A stretch of DNA of 64,000 nt from Gemmatimonadota bacterium. GTDB taxonomy: Bacteria; Gemmatimonadota; Gemmatimonadetes; Gemmatimonadales; GWC2-71-9. Position 1 is the stretch's first letter. The number at the start of each line of letters is the position of its first letter. Shown in pieces: positions 58,571 to 64,000 of this stretch. The position numbers and the translations under genes are program-made. Below the pieces are notes generated by a model. It was not told where the DNA came from, did no database searches, and worked only from the letters and a program-made list of their open reading frames with translations. The stretch covers positions 1-64,000 of the forward strand of contig JAZDCZ010000102.1 in NCBI GenBank assembly GCA_036679605.1, written 5' to 3'.

Positions 58571-59893
58571 ATGAACGGATCAACGGCAACTTCGACAGTC
58601 GACACGGCCGATGTAAAGGCTGGACATCGACAGTTTCTTTTCCCCTGCGCACCACCCTACTACAGCGATCCATTGGTGCTGGTAGAGGGTCACGGCGTCG
58701 ACGTGATCGACTCGGAGGGTCGTGAGTTCCTCGACTTCTTCAGTGGCATTCTCACTACATCGGTCGGGCACTGCAACCCGGAGGTCGTGGAGCGGGTGCG
58801 GGAACAGTTGGGAACATTGGGCCACGTATCGACGCTCTATATCAACCAGAATCAGGTCGAGGCGGCGCGACGGTTGGCAAACATCGCTCCCGGCCAACTC
58901 GAGCAATCGTTCTTCACCAACAGTGGTACCGAGGCAGTAGAGACGGCGGTGATGTTGGCATGCATGTACACAGGCCGGTCGGAAATCATGGCGCTGCGGT
59001 TGGCATATTCCGGGCGGAGCATCCTCGCCACCAACATCACGGCGCACGCACCGTGGCGCCCGCTTCCTACATCGATGCCCGGCATCAAGCACGTACTTAC
59101 TCCGTATCCCTACCGCTGCCCCTTCAAGACACCCTGCGACGAAACTTGCGTGGACGCCTTCGCAGACGATCTCGAAGAGGCGATCGTCACGACGACGAGC
59201 GGGAAGCCGGCAGCGTTCATGGCCGAGACAATCCTGGGTGTCGGCGGCTACGTGGTGCCACCTCCCGGTTACTTCCAGCGTGCTGTGGAGATCATCCACA
59301 AGTACGGCGGCCTCTTCATCTGCGACGAGGTGCAGGCAGGATTCGGCAGAACCGGTAGCAAGTGGTTCGGCATCGAGCACTGGGACGTGGTACCCGACAT
59401 CATGGTCATGGCCAAGGGTATCGCCAACGGGATGCCCGTCGGTGCAACGATCACTCGGCCCGAGATCGCCGAGGCTTGGACCGCGAAGACGATCTCCACG
59501 TTCGGGGGTAATCCGATCTCCATGGCCGCTGCTGCAGTCACGATGGACATAATGCAGCGGGAGGATACTCCCAGACGTTCGCAGGAACGCGGCGACCAAC
59601 TCCGCAGGGGGCTGGATGACCTTGCCGAGCAGTTCGAGTGGATCGGCGAGGTGCGCGGAATGGGCCTGATGCAAGCTCTTGAGATCGTGGAAGATCGCAA
59701 CACCAAGACACCCGACGGGCAGAGAACCAAGGCCCTGCTCGAGGCTACCAAGGATGAGGGCCTACTCATCGGTGTCGGTGGCCTGAACGGAAACGTGATC
59801 AGGATGGGGCCGTCCATGCTGATCACCGAGTCCGAGGTGGATGACGCAATCTCACGGCTCGGCAGAGCCTGCCACAAAGTCGCCAAGGCTTAG
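58571..59893 (+). CDS. class III PLP aminotransferase (AGXT2/beta-alanine aminotransferase-like)
   Basis: FTNSGTEA, DEVQAGFGRTG, MAKGIANG, TFGGNP, RGMGLM. Confidence 0.85.
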   Translation: MNGSTATSTVDTADVKAGHRQFLFPCAPPYYSDPLVLVEGHGVDVIDSEGREFLDFFSGILTTSVGHCNPEVVERVREQLGTLGHVSTLYINQNQVEAARRLANIAPGQLEQSFFTNSGTEAVETAVMLACMYTGRSEIMALRLAYSGRSILATNITAHAPWRPLPTSMPGIKHVLTPYPYRCPFKTPCDETCVDAFADDLEEAIVTTTSGKPAAFMAETILGVGGYVVPPPGYFQRAVEIIHKYGGLFICDEVQAGFGRTGSKWFGIEHWDVVPDIMVMAKGIANGMPVGATITRPEIAEAWTAKTISTFGGNPISMAAAAVTMDIMQREDTPRRSQERGDQLRRGLDDLAEQFEWIGEVRGMGLMQALEIVEDRNTKTPDGQRTKALLEATKDEGLLIGVGGLNGNVIRMGPSMLITESEVDDAISRLGRACHKVAKA

Positions 59894-59902
59894 GCAACGA
59901 CG

Positions 59903-60037
59903 GTGCCGTGGACCTCCTGGCTGTTGCTGGTTGTGGCGGTCGGCCTAGGGCTGGCCGTAGAACTCGCCTTCCTGATGCGACAGTCGCGTGTTCAGCGAAG
60001 TGATTCCGAGGATGCGTCGGGGACCACTAGGGAATGA
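59903..60037 (+). CDS. 44-aa single-TM protein coupled to the SSS transporter (not in ORF track)
   Basis: GTG start; MPWTSWLLLVVAVGLGLAVELAFLMRQSRVQRSDSEDASGTTRE; TGA overlaps the symporter ATG (ATGA). Confidence 0.65.
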   Translation: MPWTSWLLLVVAVGLGLAVELAFLMRQSRVQRSDSEDASGTTRE

Positions 60038-61512
60038 CGTCGACCACTGTAGTCGTGGTGCTGGTCATTTACGGCCTGATTCTTCTGGCAATCGGAGTCT
60101 GGGGCGGTAAGGAGTCGGACAGCGTAGCCGGATATTTTGTTGCCGGTAAACGACTTCCATCGTGGGTCATCGCGTTCAGCTCGAACTCCACCGGTGAGAG
60201 CGCCTGGCTCCTTCTCGGCTTAACGGGAATGGGCTATGCCATAGGGATTCACGCGCTGTGGATCGTTTTGGGAGAAGTCTTGGGTGTGACGCTCGGCTGG
60301 GTGCTCGTCGCGCTGCCCTTCAAGGAATACACGGACCGGTATGACTCCATCACTGTACCGGACTACCTCGAATCGCGGTTCCACGACAGCAAACATGTAC
60401 TGCGCATCATCAGTGCGGTGATCATCTTCAGTATGGTGACAGCCTACACGGCGGCACAGTTGAGCGCGTCAGGTAAGGCGTTCAGTTCGTTCCTCGGTAT
60501 GACCTATCAGTCCGGAGTATTGATAGGAGCGGCTCTCATCTTGTTCTATACAACGGTCGGTGGATTCAAGGCCGTTGCGTACAGCGACCTGCTGCAAGGT
60601 GTGCTCATGTTCGGAGCACTTCTCGTCCTTCCGATAGTGGGTGTCGTGGCCGCGGGCGGCTGGACCACAATGATAGATCAGCTCCGCTTCCAAGATCCGA
60701 ATCTCCTGACACCCATGGGCTCGTTCGGTCTCAGTGCAGTGGGAATTGCCAGCGCGTTGGGGTTCGTCGGCATCGGGCTGGCGTTCTTGGGCGCTCCCCA
60801 ACTGCTCGTACGGTTCATATCCGCAAGAGACAGCAAGCAAATCGTCGACGCCAGTCGGATAGCCGTGGTGTGCATCATCGTGTTCGACGTCGGAGCCGTT
60901 TTCTCCGGAATGGCCGGGAGAGCCCTGTTTCCCGGACTGCTCGACCCGGAGACGATACTTCCCCAAATGAGCACCAGCCTGTTTCCCAGCATCTTCGCCG
61001 GGATCTTCTTGGTAGTGGTTCTCGCCGCCATCATGTCTACCGTCGATTCGCTGCTCATCTTGGCTTCGTCGGCCGTCGTGCGCGATGTGGTCCAGAAGAT
61101 CTTCCGTCCCAAACTCTCGGAGAGGGATTTGTCGCTCTATGGGAAGGCCACGACGGTCGTCATCGGACTGGGTGCCGTGACTCTCGCATACGGCGAGGCG
61201 CGAATGATTTTCTGGTTCGTCCTGTTCGCTTGGTCCGGCCTGGCATCGGCTTTCGCGCCGCCCGTCTTGTGTTCGTTATTCTGGAAACGCACCACGCGTG
61301 CCGGAGCAATAGCCGGCATGTTGGCCGGTTTCTCTACGGCCATAATCTGGGTGTTGGTCTTCAAGGAACGGTTTTACGATCTCTACGAGATGTTGCCCGG
61401 ATTCTTCGCGGGATTTGCGGTCACGATTGGCGTGAGTCTGTTTACTGAGCCTCCGGTCGGGGCGGCGGAAGAATTCGAGGCTGTTAGGGCGGCCGTTCGC
61501 TCTGGGAGTTGA
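60034..61512 (+). CDS. sodium:solute symporter (PutP-like)
   Basis: YFVAGKRLPSW, ESAWLLLGLTG, GGFKAVAYSD, LAAIMSTVDS. Confidence 0.9.
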   Translation: MTSTTVVVVLVIYGLILLAIGVWGGKESDSVAGYFVAGKRLPSWVIAFSSNSTGESAWLLLGLTGMGYAIGIHALWIVLGEVLGVTLGWVLVALPFKEYTDRYDSITVPDYLESRFHDSKHVLRIISAVIIFSMVTAYTAAQLSASGKAFSSFLGMTYQSGVLIGAALILFYTTVGGFKAVAYSDLLQGVLMFGALLVLPIVGVVAAGGWTTMIDQLRFQDPNLLTPMGSFGLSAVGIASALGFVGIGLAFLGAPQLLVRFISARDSKQIVDASRIAVVCIIVFDVGAVFSGMAGRALFPGLLDPETILPQMSTSLFPSIFAGIFLVVVLAAIMSTVDSLLILASSAVVRDVVQKIFRPKLSERDLSLYGKATTVVIGLGAVTLAYGEARMIFWFVLFAWSGLASAFAPPVLCSLFWKRTTRAGAIAGMLAGFSTAIIWVLVFKERFYDLYEMLPGFFAGFAVTIGVSLFTEPPVGAAEEFEAVRAAVRSGS

Positions 61513-61550
61513 GGCTTGCGGCGCCGTTTGGTAACACGCCACCCAGCATC

Positions 61551-61579
61551 TTGCCGAGTGTCCTGGTGGACCGTACATT
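61551..61579 (+). promoter_or_regulatory. sigma70 promoter facing the cassette array (Pc-like)
   Basis: TTGCCG-N17-TACATT. Confidence 0.55.
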
Positions 61580-61620
61580 TTGTTGGGATTAGTGGAGCAT
61601 GCGAACCCGTTACGGGAGTC

Positions 61621-61638
61621 GCCGAATACTAGTTGCAG
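61621..61638 (+). other. attI-like site / start of hicBA cassette
   Basis: GCCGAA-tacta-GTTgcagagcg. GTTnnAGAGCG is complementary at 9 of 11 positions to the cassette's R'' end CGCTCTCTAAC. Confidence 0.6.
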
Positions 61639-61663
61639 AGCGCAACCGAGGTAGAATCGACCT

Positions 61664-61879
61664 ATGACGAAAGAGTTCGATGTTGTTGTTGAGCGGGATG
61701 GCGATGGGTATTACGTTGCCTCGGTGCCAGCCCTGCACGGCTGCCACACCCAGGCGCGGTCACTAGATGAGCTGATGGAGCGAATCCGAGAGGCGATCGA
61801 ACTTTGCCTCGAGGTTGAAGGTGTGGACACGCCAGTCCTCGATTTCGTCGGCCTGCAGAGAGTCTCAATTTCAGTATGA
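61664..61879 (+). CDS. hicB: short HicB-family antitoxin
   Basis: YVASVPALHGCHTQARSLDELMERIREAIELCLE. Confidence 0.88.
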   Translation: MTKEFDVVVERDGDGYYVASVPALHGCHTQARSLDELMERIREAIELCLEVEGVDTPVLDFVGLQRVSISV

Positions 61880-62100
61880 GTCGGTTACCCAGCGTCACTG
61901 GCAAGCAGTTGCTTGCAGCGTTGGCGTGCTTGGGTTTTGAGGTCGTTCGAACACGAGGCAGCCACCATTATCTGCGGCACTCGGATAGCCGGTCGACGGT
62001 TGTTCCCGTTCACAGCGGGGAGACCATTGGTCGCGGGCTGTTGGCAAAGATCCTCCGCGACTCGGAAGTTAGTCGTGAGCAGTTACGGGAGCACCTGTAG
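61876..62100 (+). CDS. hicA: HicA-family mRNA interferase toxin
   Basis: LGFEVVRTRGSH, TVVPVH, GLLAKIL; ATGA overlap. Confidence 0.9.
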   Translation: MSRLPSVTGKQLLAALACLGFEVVRTRGSHHYLRHSDSRSTVVPVHSGETIGRGLLAKILRDSEVSREQLREHL

Positions 62101-62110
62101 GCATGCCGCT

Positions 62111-62170
62111 CTCTAACAAATCGCTGAAGCCGACACGCTCCCCGCGCAGCTTAGCTCCTGACCGTTAGGC
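62111..62170 (+). other. integron attC site (60 bp)
   Basis: CTCTAAC-aaatc-GCTGAAGC...GCTTAGC-tcctgacc-GTTAGGC, with the extra G in L''. Confidence 0.88.
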
Positions 62171-62186
62171 GCACGGGATCGCCTTT

Positions 62187-62837
62187 ATGAGAAGACCACC
62201 TCTACCCGTGTGGCTTTCCGTTGATTGGCGTGACGTTCGTACCCAGGTCGTGGCGGGCATTGTCCTCCTTGCCGTCGCTTGGCTCGCTGGTCACTTCGGG
62301 TTCCTTGGTCTCAGCGGGCGTCTGTTTGCCAACTTCATGCGGGAGCCGGTTGCCGTTCCATTGGGCCTCGTCTTCTTGGCCGTCATCATGGTCGGTGTCT
62401 TGGCTCTACGCCAACTGAGCTTCCTCCCACGGCCGACCGGCGAGTGTAGTCTTGAGGTTCGACCGATGAAGTTCGAGATCGACCTGACCCGACCGATTCC
62501 GAACGTTGAGATCAGTTTCTACGCGATCAACTACCGGCCCTGGCCCGTGGTCTTACACGAGCTCAGGGTAACCCGGTTTCAGCTCGGTAGCGGTCCAGCT
62601 TTCGAGCACGTCGACCTTGTTCAAGAATTCCGCCTCGATCCGTGTGGAGCATCCATTGTTGTGTCCCGCCGTAACCTCATGGACTCTGAGGTGCACGCGC
62701 TGGCGTCTCAAGCGCGGAACCAGCGCTCGGCTTCTCTATCCTATGTTGCGAGAGCTCGACACGGCGACCACGTGAATACGTACGGTCCCGTCGTTGCCAT
62801 GGCAGTCGATGGATGGGTTACTCTTCCCGCCGCCTAA
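62187..62837 (+). CDS. hypothetical membrane protein (gene cassette)
   Basis: Two N-terminal TM segments; starts 16 bp after R'; stop TAA lies inside the R'' GCCTAAC. Confidence 0.7.
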   Translation: MRRPPLPVWLSVDWRDVRTQVVAGIVLLAVAWLAGHFGFLGLSGRLFANFMREPVAVPLGLVFLAVIMVGVLALRQLSFLPRPTGECSLEVRPMKFEIDLTRPIPNVEISFYAINYRPWPVVLHELRVTRFQLGSGPAFEHVDLVQEFRLDPCGASIVVSRRNLMDSEVHALASQARNQRSASLSYVARARHGDHVNTYGPVVAMAVDGWVTLPAA

Positions 62838-62971
62838 CCCGCACAGCGGCCGTGCGCGCCCGTTTCAAAAGAGGGCTGACGTTTGAGCGCCAGGCAGCTA
62901 CCCAGGTTCACTCTTTCTCTGTGCTCCAGTCGGCGGAGGTCGTCCGCCGCTGATGTGCGAAGTCATCAGGT
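62832..62971 (+). other. R'' box plus possibly degenerate attC
   Basis: GCCTAAC-ccgca-CAGCGGC ... GCCGCTGatg-N9-ATCAGGT (a possible mutated GTTAGGT). Confidence 0.35.
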
Positions 62972-64000
62972 GCACGGCCCATAGGTCTGCCTTTTGAAAC
63001 CTCGAGCGTCCCTCTCCTGCCTTGTTTGTGGCCGGGCGGCACCTTTGGGAAGTCGGCTCGCCGAAGTCCCGCTCAGGTCTTCCGGCCCGACCGCATCTTC
63101 CTACGGGTTGTGTCCGCCTCATTGGAGACTTGGCCGGCGGGGCCTGTATCTGGCTCCGTTCGGTCCGAACTCCGCTCCAGTGATTGCTGTATCGCTCAAC
63201 GACGGGAAGACCCAATTACAATTCGCGCCCGTCCCGCGCGCATCCCCGAGATCCAGCCGCCTCGCCGCACATTGGCGCGCTCAGCTGTTCCGCAGTCCAC
63301 CCGTCTACTGCGCATGCGGCAGTCAGGCGCGCGAAGTCGGACATCGGATCCCATTGCTCTGTTTCCGCTTGTCAGGTCTCTCCGAGGAAGTGTCGTACTT
63401 CAGACAGAACCTCGAACCGATCTGTCGTAGCTGCAATATCGAGTGGATGGAATTCTGTAGGCCTCTTCTGCACTGGAGCCCGGATTCCACTGAACGCCAT
63501 AGAGCACGTCGGCACCGCCTACGTTCGGCGCTGTCGTCCGCTCGTCGTCTTGGTATTGCCATCGCCGTGCCTCCTCTGGCACCGAAATTCGGATGGCCTG
63601 GGATTCCTGCATTCGATCTGCGCGCCCGCATCGGTGCGGGCATTCTTGAGCCAGCCGCTTTCGTGCTCCGACCTGACTACCTCCGCCCCCGTGGCTGCTT
63701 CCTCAGTCCCTCGAACGCCGTGCGCCCCTATCGGATATCAGGCGATGCCCGCACGACTGACCGATTTGGGCCAGCGCCTAACACCCAGAACACCTGTAAG
63801 TCCTCCCCCGTCAAGCAGGCGTAGCTAGAGCTAGACAACACGGGTTTTCTTGTTTCCCGTTTCCGCTTCGGTTCCAGCAGCTGGACTCGGCGTGACCAAC
63901 CCGGCGGACGAGTTGGGATAATCCACTACGCAGCGTGGCAATCTCCCGCACGCGACTTCGGGTAGGACGCAAACTCGTTACGGCAGTCGCGTAATCGTGG

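Noticed and set aside
58580..59674. 364-aa minus-strand ORF
   Set aside because: Antisense shadow of the GC-rich aminotransferase gene
62852..62900. GTGCG after R'' as the 5' end of a group IIC-attC intron
   Set aside because: No reverse transcriptase ORF or domain V recognised, and the orientation is not that expected for attC-targeting introns
62994..63828. Overlapping 276-, 214- and 134-aa ORFs
   Set aside because: Arg/Pro/Ser-rich, no RBS or motifs, mutually overlapping; likely spurious

Overview
A 64-kb bacterial chromosomal segment. The large secreted M14 peptidases, VPS10/BNR protein, Oar-like TonB receptor and a characteristic coiled-coil protein suggest Gemmatimonadota (inference only). 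Both ends carry integron gene-cassette clusters with no integrase in the window. The left cluster (105-3650, minus strand) has a methyltransferase, VOC genes, a PIN toxin-antitoxin cassette, one perfect attC and a lipoprotein hydrolase cassette, ending in a duplicated half-attC next to a probable IS110 start. The right cluster (61551-63782, plus strand) has a sigma70 promoter, an attI-like site, a hicBA cassette, a perfect attC, a membrane-protein cassette and decayed DNA. Between them lie (i) housekeeping and redox genes (thrC, korAB, ferritin, an RclA-like reductase, a 1-Cys peroxiredoxin, a B12 radical SAM); (ii) a periplasmic hydrolase/uptake region with an unusual TolB-propeller/tricorn-C1-like/GGT-family fusion and a two-repeat secreted protein; and (iii) a ~19.5-kb combined purine and pyrimidine catabolism cluster (guaD, preTA, NCS1, hydA, ureidopropionase, mmsA, xdh, allC, allB, DUF3830, uraH, uraD, class III aminotransferase, SSS transporter). 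That cluster lacks a recognisable uricase and post-allantoate enzymes. No rRNA, tRNA or CRISPR array was seen. All product calls come from motif recognition by eye; no database searches were run.
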